Shown here piece after piece: positions 26,732 through 37,402 of a stretch of DNA of 64,000 bases (position 1 is its first letter; each line of letters starts with the position of its first letter). The stretch is from Syntrophobacterales bacterium. Its GTDB lineage: Bacteria; Desulfobacterota; Syntrophia; Syntrophales; UBA2192. The stretch lies in contig JAGPKU010000001.1 of the NCBI GenBank assembly GCA_018053845.1, forward strand, positions 101,235 to 165,234. Reading direction: 5' to 3'. Made by a program: the position numbers and the translations under genes. Below the pieces are notes generated by a model that made no database searches, was not told where the DNA came from, and worked only from the letters and a program-made list of their open reading frames with translations.

Positions 26732-29038
26732 CTAAAACCCCGTCGTCTGCCTCGAGGCCGAGAACCCGCCGACGCGCCCGAGACCGGACAGGGAGAAGAG
26801 GACGACGAATTGCCGGTCGTCCACGAGATCCGAATAGCTCGCCTGCACGCTCCAGCACTGGCCGCGGTACTCCAGGCCGACGGTCTTCTCCAGGGTCGAG
26901 CGGCCGAATTCGTCCCTGCGGAACCCGGCGAATACGTCGAGGGCGCCCGAGACCCGGGCCCTGCCCGCCAGGCCGACGGATTCGACGGAATCCCGCGTGT
27001 ATCGGTAGACCAGCGACAGGCTGTCGCCCCGGCCGTCACGCAGGGCGATGTCCTGGTTGATCTGCGCCCAGGACGTCGTGTTGACGTCGTAGGCGGCCCG
27101 CGTCATGAACGCCAGGTGCGGATAGGGGTTCAGGTCCACCTCCAGGTCGATCGGCCGGAAGGGCTTGGTCGGATCCGCCGGCAGGACGCCGGGCGTCGTC
27201 GTGGGGGTCAAGAGCGTCGGCTGCGTCACGTAGATCGTCGGTGTCGTGATGTTGTAGGTCTGGCTCAGCTTGAGCCGCAGGATCTCGCGGTAGATCACGT
27301 TCCCCTTGTCGTCCCGGAACCGGGAGATCAGGGTGTTGGTCAGCGCGTAGGTGATGCTGTTCTCCGCGTCGACGGAGGCGCTGACCCCCCCCACGGTCGT
27401 GGTTGCGACGGGCGGAACGAAATCGGGCCGCACGCTCGGACCCGCCAGCGGGATGTACCGGTAGGTGACCTCGGGCTTGACGGCGTGGCGGACCTTTTCC
27501 ACCGCGCCCCGGTTGACGTCGAGGACGCGGAAGACCTCGGTGGATGCGTTCAGGGCCGCCGTGAAGACCGAGCGGCTCGCGGTATCGCCCGTCGTGGCCA
27601 TGGAGCCGTTGCTCTCCGTGTCCCACAGGGTCTCCCGGAAGCCCGCCGTCGGGGTGACCTGCAGGACGTCGCCGAAGGACCAGGGGAGCGAGAGCTTCGG
27701 GTAGACATCGAGCGTGTCGCCCCTCTCGCCGAGCGTCCTTTCGTAATGACCGTAGAGGCTGGTGAACTCCCAGGTGACAGGGGTCCCGAAGAGGGGCTGC
27801 CGGAAGCCGGTCAGCGCGATCTCGGGGTAGCGCTGCAGGGTCTCGTCGTTGGAGGGGCTCGTCAGGTTGTCCGTGTACTGCGCCAGGGCCGTCAGGTTGA
27901 AGTTGCGCCACTCCTTCACGATTCTCGCCGTGGAGTCGTAGCTCGTGAGCTGCTCGTTGGCCAGGAAGGAGACCCGCTCGAACTTGCGGTTGCGGCTGCC
28001 CGCATAGTGGTCGAGGTAGTAGTTGTGCGAGTCGAAATCGCGGAAATAGTAGATGTCCGAGACCTTCTTGAGATCGGAGCGGAAATAGAACCCCGGGCTG
28101 AAGGTCGTCTCGTGGTTCCAGTACCACGACCACCGGTCCTGTTTCTCCGTCCACGTGCGGGGGATCCCCCCCAGGGTGTCCGACCCCGTCCACTGGTCCC
28201 GCAGGAAATCCCCGTAGAAGAGGCCGTGGGTGCCCGCGCCGGGCGAGTAGCGGAACTCGAGGCCCTCCTTGAGCCCCCGCTTGTCCATGTAGCGGGTGTA
28301 GAGCGTGGCGTCGGCGCTCTTCGAGACGGCCCAGTAGAAGGGGATCTCCGTGTCGAAGCCCAGCTTTTCCTGCGAGTAGCCGAAGTAGGGGAAGAGCAGC
28401 CCGGTCTGGCGCGTCGTCTTCGCCGGGAACATGAGCCAGGGCAGCCAGGCCACGGGGGTGTCGCGGATCTGGAAGGTGCCGTTCTTCAGGGTGCCGTAGC
28501 CGTCGACGGTGACATCCACCTCTTTGCCGGTGAAGCGCCAGTCGGCCACCGGGCCGTCGCAGGTGGTGGCCGTTCCGTCCTGGATCCGGTACGTGGCCTC
28601 GCCCGATTTCTCGATCTCGCTGCCCGTGATGAAGAGGTGATTCCGGACGAAGAACATGCGCCCGTCGCGCGCCACACCGGTCTTCGAGTCGAGGTTGATC
28701 TCGAGGATGTCGCCTTCCAGGGTGTCGCCGTCGGTCTGGAGCAGGGCGCGGCCGTGGGCCCAGGCGTCGCCGCTCGCCCGGTTGAGGGTCACCGAGTCCG
28801 CCTTCAGGAAGCCCCCCGTGAAGGTGATGACCACGCCGCCCTCGGCGCGATAGATGTCCGATTCCCTGTCGTAGCTGAGCCGGTCCGCCTCGATCCGCAC
28901 GGGCCCCTTGCCGGCCTTTTGCAGGTCGAGGCCCTGCTGGGCCGGGGCCGGGGCGGCCGTCAGCAGCAGCAGGAGGGCGGCGACCCAGGTGGCCCGCAGC
29001 GGGCGTGCCGCATTCCGTTTTCGCCGATCTCCGGTCAT
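26732..29038 (-). CDS. lptD: LPS-assembly outer-membrane protein LptD (OstA/Imp)
   Basis: 768 aa. Signal peptide ([14 protein letters not shown]), N-terminal OstA/LptA-like jellyroll, large beta-barrel with alternating aromatic pattern. ATG 29038 overlaps the folC stop (ATGA). The ORF extension to 29938 is out-of-frame read-through of folC. Confidence 0.9.
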   Translation of the reverse strand: MTGDRRKRNAARPLRATWVAALLLLLTAAPAPAQQGLDLQKAGKGPVRIEADRLSYDRESDIYRAEGGVVITFTGGFLKADSVTLNRASGDAWAHGRALLQTDGDTLEGDILEINLDSKTGVARDGRMFFVRNHLFITGSEIEKSGEATYRIQDGTATTCDGPVADWRFTGKEVDVTVDGYGTLKNGTFQIRDTPVAWLPWLMFPAKTTRQTGLLFPYFGYSQEKLGFDTEIPFYWAVSKSADATLYTRYMDKRGLKEGLEFRYSPGAGTHGLFYGDFLRDQWTGSDTLGGIPRTWTEKQDRWSWYWNHETTFSPGFYFRSDLKKVSDIYYFRDFDSHNYYLDHYAGSRNRKFERVSFLANEQLTSYDSTARIVKEWRNFNLTALAQYTDNLTSPSNDETLQRYPEIALTGFRQPLFGTPVTWEFTSLYGHYERTLGERGDTLDVYPKLSLPWSFGDVLQVTPTAGFRETLWDTESNGSMATTGDTASRSVFTAALNASTEVFRVLDVNRGAVEKVRHAVKPEVTYRYIPLAGPSVRPDFVPPVATTTVGGVSASVDAENSITYALTNTLISRFRDDKGNVIYREILRLKLSQTYNITTPTIYVTQPTLLTPTTTPGVLPADPTKPFRPIDLEVDLNPYPHLAFMTRAAYDVNTTSWAQINQDIALRDGRGDSLSLVYRYTRDSVESVGLAGRARVSGALDVFAGFRRDEFGRSTLEKTVGLEYRGQCWSVQASYSDLVDDRQFVVLFSLSGLGRVGGFSASRQTTGF

Positions 29039-30312
29039 CTTCCGCCAGGCCCGGTCCCTTTCGATGCGATGAACAGGGGGCGCACCGCCCCCACCAGGTA
29101 CAGCGACCCCGCGATGCAGACCAGATCGTCCGGGCCGGCCCGCCGCAGGGAGGCCCGAACCGCCTGCCGGGGATGGACCGCGATCTCCACGTTCCGGTTC
29201 CAGCGCCGGGCCTCCGCGGCCAGGACCTCCGGCGCCTGGGCCCGCTGTTCCGGCGGGCGCGTCACGATGACTCGGTCGGCCAGCGGGGCGAGCCGGCGGA
29301 TCATGCCCCGCCAGTCCTTGTCGGCGAGGATCCCCAGGACCAGGGTGAGCCGCCGGTACGCGAACCCGCCCAGGGCCCCGGCGAGCGCCGCGGCACCCGC
29401 CGCGTTGTGGGCGCCGTCGAGCACAACGGTGGGGCGAGTGCGCACGACCTCCATCCGCCCCTCCCAGCGAACCCCGGCGAGGCCCCTCCGGATGGCCTCG
29501 TCGCCGATCGCGAAGCCCCGTTCGCGCAGGACGCCGAGTGCCCCCAGGACACACGCGGCGTTGTCCCGCTGGTGGGCTCCCCGCAAGGCGAGCGCGACGT
29601 TCCGGAGCGCGAGCGACGGAGCGCGGCAGTCCAAGGCGCCGTCCCGCCTCGATCGCACCCGGATCTCCCGGCCGACCCGCAGCAGGCGGGCCTTTCTGTC
29701 CCGGCTGACCGCTTCGAGAACCGCCAGCACCGGGGCCTGCCGCGCGGCCGTCACGCACGCCCGGTGGGGCTCGATGATGCCCGCCTTCTCCCGGGCGATG
29801 TCCGCGAGCCGAGGCCCGAGAAACTCGACATGGTCCATCGCGACGTTCGAGACGATGACGAGCTCGGGACGAACGACATGGGTGGCATCGAGTCGTCCCC
29901 CCATGCCCACCTCGAGGACGGCGACGTCCACGGCGCACCGCGCGAAATGCACAAAGGCAAGCGCCGTGGCGAATTCGAAGTAGGTCACCCCTTCCCGGAT
30001 CGACCCGCGCACCCGCCCGATCAGCCGCTCCAGCTCCCCCCGGGGAATCGGGGTGCCGTCGACCCGGATGCGCTCCCGGAAATCGACCAGGTGGGGCGAC
30101 GTGTAGAGCCCGACGCGGTATCCCGCCGCCTGCAGGACGGAGGCCAGGCTTGCCGCGATGGAGCCCTTGCCGTTGGTGCCCCCCACGAGGATGCTGCGGT
30201 AACGGCCCTGGGGATTTCCCAGGCGCGTCAGCAGCCGCCTGACGGGCCCCAGACCCGGCCGGATGCCGGCGCCCTTCAGGCTGTCGAGATAGGCGATGGG
30301 ATCAAGGGTCAT
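29035..30312 (-). CDS. folC: Bifunctional folylpolyglutamate synthase / dihydrofolate synthase
   Basis: Mur-ligase P-loop VGGTNGKGS, GLYTSPHL, ILEVGMGGRLDAT-like segment. Start ATG 30312 (MTLDPIAYL). Confidence 0.92.
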   Translation of the reverse strand: MTLDPIAYLDSLKGAGIRPGLGPVRRLLTRLGNPQGRYRSILVGGTNGKGSIAASLASVLQAAGYRVGLYTSPHLVDFRERIRVDGTPIPRGELERLIGRVRGSIREGVTYFEFATALAFVHFARCAVDVAVLEVGMGGRLDATHVVRPELVIVSNVAMDHVEFLGPRLADIAREKAGIIEPHRACVTAARQAPVLAVLEAVSRDRKARLLRVGREIRVRSRRDGALDCRAPSLALRNVALALRGAHQRDNAACVLGALGVLRERGFAIGDEAIRRGLAGVRWEGRMEVVRTRPTVVLDGAHNAAGAAALAGALGGFAYRRLTLVLGILADKDWRGMIRRLAPLADRVIVTRPPEQRAQAPEVLAAEARRWNRNVEIAVHPRQAVRASLRRAGPDDLVCIAGSLYLVGAVRPLFIASKGTGPGGR

Positions 30313-30556
30313 GGGTCCCAGGCTTCGCGGGCCGGGGGTTGAAGAACCAAGATCGATCTCGCCGCCGAGGCTCGGGCCTTTCGCTTTCCCCGGACCCGAT
30401 CCCCGCGACCCTCTCCCCTTGACCCTCTTTTCTGCTTCGTCGGCGCACGTTACCACAGCCCCGCCGCCGCGGGCAACCCCTTTGTGACGAAAACCCCGTA
30501 AAACAAAAGGACCACGGGATAGTCGTATCCCATGGCCCTGTCTCATTCGGACGGAT

Positions 30557-30651
30557 AGAAGATAAGAGGGTAAGAGGGCGAGAAGGTGGGAGGACGAAAG
30601 ACGTGCGGCAGGCGGGCAGCCTATCCACGTTTCTCACCGTCTCACCTTCTG
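30557..30651. repeat. Dispersed octad-phased hairpin element, family GGnnnnAG/TCTCACC (copy R8; homologous to 12340-12444)
   Basis: Octads GATAAGAG GGTAAGAG GGCGAGAA GGTGGGAG GACGAAAG from 30561. ACGTG(30601-05):CACGT(30626-30) and 30581-30591:30640-30650 pair. TTCTCACCGTCTCACCTTCT (30631-30650) is 19/20 identical to 12413-12432. Confidence 0.8.
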
Positions 30652-30658
30652 AATTTGT

Positions 30659-30919
30659 CTAGTCGGGGATGACCTTGAAGACCTCATCCCCCGGCCGACA
30701 CCGGTCCGACACCTTGACGCCGATGTAGTCGCCCACCACGGCCTTTTCGACCTTCGCGTTGTTGACTTCCATGGACTCGACGACGTTCTCGAAATTCGTC
30801 GTGTGGCCGACGTACTTGAGCGTGTCCCCCACCTTCACCTCGCCGGCCGTGACCTTGATCGCGGCGACGCTGGGCTTTGCGAAGAATTTCACGATCTCGC
30901 CGACTTTCTCCTCCGCCAT
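30659..30919 (-). CDS. Small translation-factor domain-II-like beta-barrel protein (86 aa), function unknown
   Basis: MAEEKVGEIVKFFAKPSVAAIKVTAGEVKVGDTLKYVGHTTNFENVVESMEVNNAKVEKA..GD.IGVKV resembles stand-alone EF-Tu domain-2-like proteins. SD AAGGAGG. Confidence 0.75.
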   Translation of the reverse strand: MAEEKVGEIVKFFAKPSVAAIKVTAGEVKVGDTLKYVGHTTNFENVVESMEVNNAKVEKAVVGDYIGVKVSDRCRPGDEVFKVIPD

Positions 30920-31061
30920 GGTTCTTTCCTCCTTTCTTCCCGATGCGTGAAGACGGCCGTACCCCCCGCGGCAGCCTCGTCCGGCCCGGCGGGGCGCCCC
31001 GGCCTCGGTTGAATGAGGCCTTTTATAACGTTTCGCGGAGAAAATCAAGGGGCCCCGCGCC

Positions 31062-31094
31062 AAAGAAAAAGGGCAGGGACCCCGGTCCCTGCCC
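31062..31094 (-). terminator. Rho-independent terminator ending the ribosomal supercluster (after rplQ)
   Basis: Minus strand GGGCAGGGAC-CGGG-GTCCCTGCCC followed by TTTTTCTTT. Confidence 0.9.
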
Positions 31095-31118
31095 TGCGAT
31101 GGCCCGGCAGCGGTTCTT

Positions 31119-31676
31119 TCACTCTTCCTTGGGCGCGTCCTTCGGGGCGGCCGCCTTGGCCGCCGCCTTTTTGGGCTTGGCCTCCTTTTCGGCCGCGGGC
31201 TTGCCTTCCTTCTTCGGCTTGGGCTCCTTCTTGGGCTTGGACTCCTTTTCGGCCTTCGGCGCCGCCTTGGACGGGCCTTCCTTTTTCGGTCCCTTTTCCT
31301 TCTTCCCCTTCTTCTCGTCGGGCTTTGCCATCAGCTCGACGACGGCCATGGGCGCGCTGTCGCCGGCGCGGAACCGCGTCTTGACGATGCGCGTGTAGCC
31401 GCCCTGGCGGTCGGCGAAACGGGCGCCGATCTCGTCAAAGAGCTTCTTGAGCACGTCCTTGTCCCGGATCACCGCCGCGGCCTGCCGCCGGGCATGGAGG
31501 CCGCCCGTCTTGGCCAGCGTGATCATCCGCTCGGCCACGCGCCTGAGCTCCTTCGCCTTGGCGTCGGTGGTCTCGATAGTTTCGTGCCGCAGAAACGACG
31601 TCACCATATTGCGAAGCATGGCCGTGCGATGGCTCGTGGTCCTGCCGAGCTTTCTTCCCCCTACCCCGTGTCGCAT
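31119..31676 (-). CDS. rplQ: 50S ribosomal protein L17 (bL17) with 69-aa Lys/Pro/Ala/Glu-rich C-terminal tail
   Basis: [22 protein letters not shown] core of about 116 aa, then the tail [18 protein letters not shown]...[39 protein letters not shown]. Confidence 0.96.
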   Translation of the reverse strand: MRHGVGGRKLGRTTSHRTAMLRNMVTSFLRHETIETTDAKAKELRRVAERMITLAKTGGLHARRQAAAVIRDKDVLKKLFDEIGARFADRQGGYTRIVKTRFRAGDSAPMAVVELMAKPDEKKGKKEKGPKKEGPSKAAPKAEKESKPKKEPKPKKEGKPAAEKEAKPKKAAAKAAAPKDAPKEE

Positions 31677-31703
31677 GAACAGCATCCTTTCCCGTCGTTA
31701 GAT

Positions 31704-32705
31704 TCACTCCGCGCTGGAGCCCTCTTCCCTGCCCTTGGGCGGCCAGTCGATCTTCATCCCTAGCGAGAGCCCCATCTCGGAGAGGATCTCCTTGATCTCG
31801 TTGAGGGACTTCCGGCCGAAGTTGCGGGTCTTGAGCATCTCCGCTTCCGTCTTCTGGACAAGCTCGCCGATGATGTGGATCCCCGCGTTCTTGAGGCAGT
31901 TGGCCGACCGCACGGAGAGCTCCAGCTCGTCGACGCTCTTCAGGAGGTTCTCGCTGAGCTTCTCGCTCTGGCCCGCCTCCTCCTGCACCTTCTCCTCTTC
32001 CGTCTCCTCGAAGTTGATGAAGATGTCGAGCTGGTCCTTCAGGATCTTGGCCGCAAAGGCGACGGCGTCCTCGGGCTGCACGCTGCCGTCGGTCCAGACC
32101 TCGAGGACGAGCTTGTCGAAGTCGGTGATCTGGCCCACGCGGGCGTGGCTCACCGTGTAGCTCACCTTCTTGATGGGCGAGAAGATGGCATCGATGTTGA
32201 TGGTGCCCTCGGGCTGATCGGGGTCGCGCTCGCGCTTGGCCATGACGTATCCCTTGCCCATCTTCACGACCATCTCGGCCTTCAGCCTGCCGCCCGTCGT
32301 GAGGGTGGCGATGGGGTGCTCGGGGTTGAGGACCTCCACGTGGGCGTCGGTGATGATGTCGCCGGCCTTGACGGGACCCGCCTTCGAGGCGTCGATCTTG
32401 ATCGTCCGGGGGACGTCGCCGTGGAGCTTCAGGCGGACGCCCTTGAGGTTCAGGATGATGTCCGTCACATCCTCCTTCACGCTCGGAATGGAGGAGAACT
32501 CGTGGAGGACCTTGTCGAAGCGCACGGACACGATGGCCGCCCCCTGGATCGAGGAGAGCAGCACGCGCCGCAGGGAGTTGCCCAGCGTGATGCCGTAGCC
32601 CCGCTCGAGCGGCTGGATGGTGAATTCCGCGTAGGATTTGCTGTGGGTCTTCTCGTCGATCTCGATCCGTTTCGGCCGGATCAGGCTGCGCCAGTTTCTC
32701 TGCAT
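31704..32705 (-). CDS. rpoA: DNA-directed RNA polymerase subunit alpha
   Basis: 333 aa. NTD (GYG.TLGN.LRR.LLSS..G) and CTD (LELSVRS.NCLK...I..IGEL). Confidence 0.98.
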   Translation of the reverse strand: MQRNWRSLIRPKRIEIDEKTHSKSYAEFTIQPLERGYGITLGNSLRRVLLSSIQGAAIVSVRFDKVLHEFSSIPSVKEDVTDIILNLKGVRLKLHGDVPRTIKIDASKAGPVKAGDIITDAHVEVLNPEHPIATLTTGGRLKAEMVVKMGKGYVMAKRERDPDQPEGTINIDAIFSPIKKVSYTVSHARVGQITDFDKLVLEVWTDGSVQPEDAVAFAAKILKDQLDIFINFEETEEEKVQEEAGQSEKLSENLLKSVDELELSVRSANCLKNAGIHIIGELVQKTEAEMLKTRNFGRKSLNEIKEILSEMGLSLGMKIDWPPKGREEGSSAE

Positions 32706-32781
32706 ATCCGTTTTCCCTCACGCAATCAGGCTCGCAAACCGCCTGGAAAAGGGGTTATCGCCCGCAACCGTTCTGGAGCGG

Positions 32782-33408
32782 TTACTTGGAGTACAGCTCG
32801 ACCACCAGCTGTTCCTGGACGGGCATGGTGATGTCCTCCCGGGTCGGGATCGCCTTCACGAGGCCCTTGAAGTTGTCCTTGTCCAGCTCCAGCCACCCCG
32901 GGATGCCCCTTCGGGCAACCGTTTCGAGGGAGTCGAGGATGGGGAGAACCTTCCGGCTCTTCTCCCGGAGCTCCACGACGTCGTCCTTGCGCACCGTGTA
33001 GGAGGGGATGTTGACCTTTCGGCCGTTGACGAGGAAATGGCTGTGGCGCACGAGCTGCCGCGCCTCGTTGCGGGACGGCGCGAACCCGAGCCGGAACACC
33101 ACGTTGTCGAGCCGGCGCTCGAGGAGCACGAGGAGGTTCGAGCCCGTGATGCCCTTCATGCGGTCGGCCCGTTCGAAGTACCCCCGGAACTGCTTTTCGA
33201 GCAGCCCGTACATCCTCTTGAGGCGCTGCTTCTCGCGAAGCTGGACGCCGTAGTCGGAGTGCTTCTTCCTCGCCTGCCCGTGCTCGCCGGGCGCATAGCC
33301 GCGCCGCTCGAACGCGCACTTCTCCGTGTAGCAGCGGTCACCCTTGAAAAACAGCTTCAGGCCTTCCCGGCGGCAAAGCCTGCATTCTGAGCCTCTGTAA
33401 CGTGCCAA
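32782..33408 (-). CDS. rpsD: 30S ribosomal protein S4 (uS4)
   Basis: [22 protein letters not shown] family signature. TTG start at 33408 with SD AGGGAGGAAG. Confidence 0.97.
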   Translation of the reverse strand: MARYRGSECRLCRREGLKLFFKGDRCYTEKCAFERRGYAPGEHGQARKKHSDYGVQLREKQRLKRMYGLLEKQFRGYFERADRMKGITGSNLLVLLERRLDNVVFRLGFAPSRNEARQLVRHSHFLVNGRKVNIPSYTVRKDDVVELREKSRKVLPILDSLETVARRGIPGWLELDKDNFKGLVKAIPTREDITMPVQEQLVVELYSK

Positions 33409-33450
33409 GTTCTTCCTCCCTGTGCGTCGATGAGTCGTTCGTCTGTGGGA

Positions 33451-33843
33451 TTACACGCGCCTTCGCTTAGGCGGACGGCAGCCGTTGTGGGGGATCGGCG
33501 TGACGTCGCGGATCAGGCTGACCGTCAGCCCCGCCGCCTGCAGGGCCCGCAGCGCCGACTCGCGGCCCGAGCCCGGCCCCTTCACGTAGACCCGGACGGT
33601 CCGCAGCCCCTGCTCCCTGGCTTTCTTCACGGCGCTCTCGGCGGCCATCTGGGCCGCGAAGGGGGTCCCCTTCCGGGAGCCCTTGAACCCCGACATGCCG
33701 GAGGACGCCCAGGCAATGACGTTTCCCGTCAGATCGGTGATGGTGACGATCGTGTTGTTGAACGTCGACTGGATGTGGGCGATCCCCTCGGGGACGTTCT
33801 TTTTCTCGCGCTTCTTTCCGGTCTTTCTCCTCGGACTGGCCAT
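33451..33843 (-). CDS. rpsK: 30S ribosomal protein S11 (uS11)
   Basis: G.AHI.STFNNTI.TITD..GN...W.S.G..GFKGSRK.TP.AAQ. Confidence 0.98.
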   Translation of the reverse strand: MASPRRKTGKKREKKNVPEGIAHIQSTFNNTIVTITDLTGNVIAWASSGMSGFKGSRKGTPFAAQMAAESAVKKAREQGLRTVRVYVKGPGSGRESALRALQAAGLTVSLIRDVTPIPHNGCRPPKRRRV

Positions 33844-33870
33844 GGTTCCTCCGGCTGTCGAATGTCGTGT

Positions 33871-34239
33871 TTACTTCTTCTTCCCGGCGATCGCCCGGCG
33901 GGGGCCCTTGCGCGTCCGGGCGTTGGTGTGCGTGCGCTGCCCGCGGCTGGGAAGGCCCTTGCGGTGCCGCAGCCCGCGGTACGTCCCGACGTCCATGAGC
34001 CGCTTGATCGACATGGAGACGTCGCGGCGCAGGTCGCCCTCCACCTTGTGGTCCCGGTCGATGATGTTGCGGATGGCCGTGACCTCCGCGTCGGTGAGCA
34101 CGTCCGTCTTCGTCTCGTAGGGGATGCCCGCCTCGCGGAGGATCTCCCGCGACTTGGAGCGGCCGATCCCGTAGATGTAGGTCAGGGCGATCTCCATGCG
34201 CTTGTTCTTGGGTAGGTCAACGCCTGCAATTCTTGCCAC
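33871..34239 (-). CDS. rpsM: 30S ribosomal protein S13 (uS13)
   Basis: [25 protein letters not shown] start at 34239 with SD GAGGAGG. Confidence 0.98.
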   Translation of the reverse strand: MARIAGVDLPKNKRMEIALTYIYGIGRSKSREILREAGIPYETKTDVLTDAEVTAIRNIIDRDHKVEGDLRRDVSMSIKRLMDVGTYRGLRHRKGLPSRGQRTHTNARTRKGPRRAIAGKKK

Positions 34240-34267
34240 TGCTCGGGCCTCCTCGAATGGTTGTGGG

Positions 34268-34381
34268 TTATCCCTGGCGCTGCTTGTGCTTCGGGTTTTC
34301 GCAGATCACCCGCACGACGCCGTGGCGCTTGATGATCTTGCACTTGTCGCACATTTTTTTCACTGACGGTCTGACTTTCAC
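34268..34381 (-). CDS. rpmJ: 50S ribosomal protein L36 (bL36, zinc-binding form)
   Basis: Not in the ORF track because it is only 37 aa. Hand translation gives (V)[39 protein letters not shown] start with SD AAGGGGG. Confidence 0.93.
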   Translation of the reverse strand: MKVRPSVKKMCDKCKIIKRHGVVRVICENPKHKQRQG

Positions 34382-34426
34382 GATGAAACCCCCTTTTTCT
34401 CCGCGGGCCCGCATCGGCCCGGGACC

Positions 34427-34645
34427 CTACTTCGACCGGTAGGTGATCCGGCCCCGCGTCAGGTCGTAGGGCGACAGCTCCACCGTCACCCGGTCCCCCG
34501 GGAGGATCTTGATGAAGTGCATCCGCATCTTTCCCGAGATGTGCGCCAGCACGCGGTGCCCGTTCTGCAGTTCCACCCGGAACATGGCGTTCGGCAGCGT
34601 CTCGATGACCGTGCCTTCCACCTCGATGGGTTCTTCTTTGGCCAT
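34427..34645 (-). CDS. infA: Translation initiation factor IF-1
   Basis: [70 protein letters not shown]. Confidence 0.98.
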   Translation of the reverse strand: MAKEEPIEVEGTVIETLPNAMFRVELQNGHRVLAHISGKMRMHFIKILPGDRVTVELSPYDLTRGRITYRSK

Positions 34646-34659
34646 ATGCTCCCTAACGT

Positions 34660-35409
34660 TCAGTCGATCCGGCTCAGGATGACCGGCCCGTTTTCCGTAA
34701 CCGCCACCGAGTGCTCGAAATGGGCCGACAGCTTGCCGTCGGCCGTCACCACCGTCCAGCCGTCCCGGAGGACATCGACCCGGTAGGTGCCCTCGTTGAC
34801 CATGGGCTCGATGGCAAACACCATCCCCGGTTTCAGCTCGATCCCCCGGCCGCTCGAGCCGTAGTTGGGGACCTGGGGGTCCTCGTGGAGGCTCTTGCCG
34901 ATGCCGTGTCCCACGAGATCCCGCACCACGGAGAAGCCCGCCGCCTCGACGTGGCCCTGGATGGCGGCGGAGATGTCCCCGATGCGGTTGCCCGCCCGGA
35001 CCGCCGAGATGCCCCGGTACAGGGCCTCCTCCGTGACCCGCAGCAGCCGCCTGGCCGCGGGGCTGATCTCCCCGACGGGCACCGTCACGGCCGCGTCCCC
35101 GTAGTAGCCGTCGTGGAGGACGCCGAAATCGAGGCTGACGATGTCGCCCTCCTTCAGCTCCCTTTCCGAGGGCATCCCGTGCACCACCTCGCTGTTGACC
35201 GAGGTGCACAGGGAGTAGGGGTAGCCCCGGTATCCCTTGAAGGCCGGCCGGGCCCCGCGCTTGAGGGCCATCTGCTCCGAGAGCCTGTCCAGCTCGATCG
35301 TCTTGACCCCCGGCCGGATCTTCTTTGCGAGTTCCTCCAGGATCACCGCGACGAGGGCGTTGCTCTTGCGCATCTTTTCAATCTCCTGGCGAGATTTCAA
35401 GATGACCAT
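34660..35409 (-). CDS. map: Type I methionine aminopeptidase
   Basis: 249 aa. Metal ligands in D..V.LDFG, GYYGD, HGIG, FAIEP, EH contexts. Confidence 0.96.
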   Translation of the reverse strand: MVILKSRQEIEKMRKSNALVAVILEELAKKIRPGVKTIELDRLSEQMALKRGARPAFKGYRGYPYSLCTSVNSEVVHGMPSERELKEGDIVSLDFGVLHDGYYGDAAVTVPVGEISPAARRLLRVTEEALYRGISAVRAGNRIGDISAAIQGHVEAAGFSVVRDLVGHGIGKSLHEDPQVPNYGSSGRGIELKPGMVFAIEPMVNEGTYRVDVLRDGWTVVTADGKLSAHFEHSVAVTENGPVILSRID

Positions 35410-35421
35410 GGCCGGGCCTCC

Positions 35422-36729
35422 CTATCGCCGCTTGGCCAGCCGCCCCTTCTTGAGGAACCCCTCGTACTGCCGCGCCAGCAGGTGCGTCTCGATCTGTCCC
35501 GCCGTGTCGAGCGCCACGCCGACCACGATCAGCAGCGCCGTCCCGCCGAAGTAGAAGGGGACGTTGAAGTAGACCATCAGGATGCTCGGCAGCACGCAGA
35601 CCGCCGAAACGTAGATGGCCCCGCTGAAGGTCAGCCGGCTCAGCACGTGGTCGATGTACTCGGCCGTCTTCTTCCCCGGCCGGATCCCGGGCACGAACCC
35701 GCCGTGCTTCTTCATGTTCTCCGCCACGTCCGTCGGGTTGAACACGACGGCCGTGTAGAAGAAGCAGAAGAACACGATGAACGCGACGTAGATCAACTCG
35801 TAGAGAACGGCCCCGGGGACCAGCATCCCGGAGACGGCCTTCATCCACGGGTGGGGGATGAACTGGGCCAGGGTCGCCGGGAACATGATGATCGACGACG
35901 CGAAGATGGGCGGGATGACGCCCGACGTGTTGATCTTGAGGGGCAGATGCGTGGTCTGCCCGCCGTACATCTTCCGCCCCACGATGCGCTTGGCGTACTG
36001 CACGGGAATCCTGCGCTGCCCCGTCTCCATGAAGACGATGGCCCCGACGACGGCGACCATGAAGGCAAACAGGAAGATCACCGCGAGGATCCCCATCTCG
36101 CCCGTGGCGACGAGCCGGAAGGTGTTCAGGACCCCCTCCGGGCCCCGGCAGACGATGCCGGCGAAGATGATCAGCGAGATCCCGTTGCCGATGCCGCGCT
36201 CCGTGATCTGCTCGCCCAGCCACATGATGAAGGCCGTGCCGGCCGTGAGCGTGATGACCGTCATGAGGCGGAAGCCCCACCCGGGGGCGATGACGATCGA
36301 GGCGCCCGTCGGGCCCGCCATGTTCTCCAGGCCCACGGCGATGCCGAATCCCTGGATGAGCGACAGCAGGACCGTCCCGTAGCGGGTGTACTGGGTGATC
36401 TTGCGGCGCCCCGCCTCGCCCTCCTTCGAGAGCCGCTCCAGGTGCGGGATGGCGATCGTGAGCAGCTGCAGGATGATGGAGGCGCTGATGTAGGGCATGA
36501 TCCCCAGCGCGAAGACCGAGAGGTTCGACAGCGCGCCGCCCGCGAACAGGTCGAAGAGCCCCAGCAGGGACCCCCGGGCCTGGTCGAAAAACGCGGCAAG
36601 CGCCGCCGTGTCGATTCCCGGCGTGGGCACGTGGGCCCCGACCCGGTAGACGCCCAGCAGCAGGAACGTGAAGGCGATCCGCTTCTGGAGCTCGGGAATT
36701 TTCGGGATGTTCTTCAGTCCGCCGATCAA
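35422..36729 (-). CDS. secY: Preprotein translocase subunit SecY
   Basis: 435 aa, 10-TM pattern, GIMPYISASII signature. TTG start at 36729. Confidence 0.97.
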   Translation of the reverse strand: MIGGLKNIPKIPELQKRIAFTFLLLGVYRVGAHVPTPGIDTAALAAFFDQARGSLLGLFDLFAGGALSNLSVFALGIMPYISASIILQLLTIAIPHLERLSKEGEAGRRKITQYTRYGTVLLSLIQGFGIAVGLENMAGPTGASIVIAPGWGFRLMTVITLTAGTAFIMWLGEQITERGIGNGISLIIFAGIVCRGPEGVLNTFRLVATGEMGILAVIFLFAFMVAVVGAIVFMETGQRRIPVQYAKRIVGRKMYGGQTTHLPLKINTSGVIPPIFASSIIMFPATLAQFIPHPWMKAVSGMLVPGAVLYELIYVAFIVFFCFFYTAVVFNPTDVAENMKKHGGFVPGIRPGKKTAEYIDHVLSRLTFSGAIYVSAVCVLPSILMVYFNVPFYFGGTALLIVVGVALDTAGQIETHLLARQYEGFLKKGRLAKRR

Positions 36730-36742
36730 ATCCGATGACCCC

Positions 36743-37186
36743 TTATCCGATGACCTCGACCTTGCCGCCGGCGGCCTCGATCTTCTCCCTCGCGGCCCGG
36801 CTGACGGCGTTCACCCTCACGGTGAGGGCCTTCTCGATCGTCCCCTTGGCGAGGACCTTGATCCCGTCGCCCGTGCGGCGGATCACGCCGCCCGCGAGCA
36901 GGGCCGCCGCGTCGACGGGGCTCTCCCCGGAGAAGCGGTTGAGCTCGCCCAGGTTGACGATGACGATCTCCTTGCGGAAGACGTTCTTAAACCCCTTCTT
37001 GGGCAGCCGCCGGGAAAGGGGCATCTGGCCGCCCTCGTAGCCCGGCCGCGAGTTGTGGCCCGAGCGGGCCTTGAGGCCCTTGTGCCCCTTCGTGGAGGTC
37101 CCGCCGTGGCCCGAACCGTCGCCCCGGCCGATCCTCTTCCTTTTCTTTCTCGACCCCGCGGGGGGTCTCAGTTCACTCAGGTTCAT
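36743..37186 (-). CDS. rplO: 50S ribosomal protein L15 (uL15)
   Basis: MNLSELRPPAGSRKKRKRIGRG.GSG.GGT..KGHKG. ATG 37186 chosen by N-terminal homology. An alternative GTG at 37195 overlaps the rpmD stop. Confidence 0.95.
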   Translation of the reverse strand: MNLSELRPPAGSRKKRKRIGRGDGSGHGGTSTKGHKGLKARSGHNSRPGYEGGQMPLSRRLPKKGFKNVFRKEIVIVNLGELNRFSGESPVDAAALLAGGVIRRTGDGIKVLAKGTIEKALTVRVNAVSRAAREKIEAAGGKVEVIG

Positions 37187-37191
37187 CGCGT

Positions 37192-37380
37192 TCACCCGCT
37201 GATTTCTTCCACGGCCACAAGGTGGCTCACCTTGCCGACCATGCCCCGGACCTCGGGGGTGTCCTGGAGCGTCACGCTCCGGTTCATCCGGACGAGCCCC
37301 ATGCCGCGCAGCACCTTGCGCTGCTTCTCGGGGCGCCCGATGGAACTCTTCACCAGTGTGATCCTCAGCTTCTTTTCCAC
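37192..37380 (-). CDS. rpmD: 50S ribosomal protein L30 (uL30)
   Basis: KLRITLVKSSIGRPEKQRKVLRGMGL. GTG start with SD AGAGGA. Confidence 0.95.
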   Translation of the reverse strand: MEKKLRITLVKSSIGRPEKQRKVLRGMGLVRMNRSVTLQDTPEVRGMVGKVSHLVAVEEISG

Positions 37381-37402
37381 GGTTGCATCCTCTGACGATC
37401 GT

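Noticed and set aside
29039-29938. N-terminal 300-aa extension of the lptD ORF (ORF 26732-29938).
   Set aside because: The extension is out-of-frame read-through of folC. A proper signal peptide begins at ATG 29038, which overlaps the folC stop (ATGA).
35409-35422. Possible deletion or misassembly explaining the missing adk between secY and map.
   Set aside because: The junction is clean: the secY stop is followed by a 12-nt gap and then the map ATG, which the upstream CAAGATGACC precedes. adk is located elsewhere in many genomes. It is noted only as a synteny observation.
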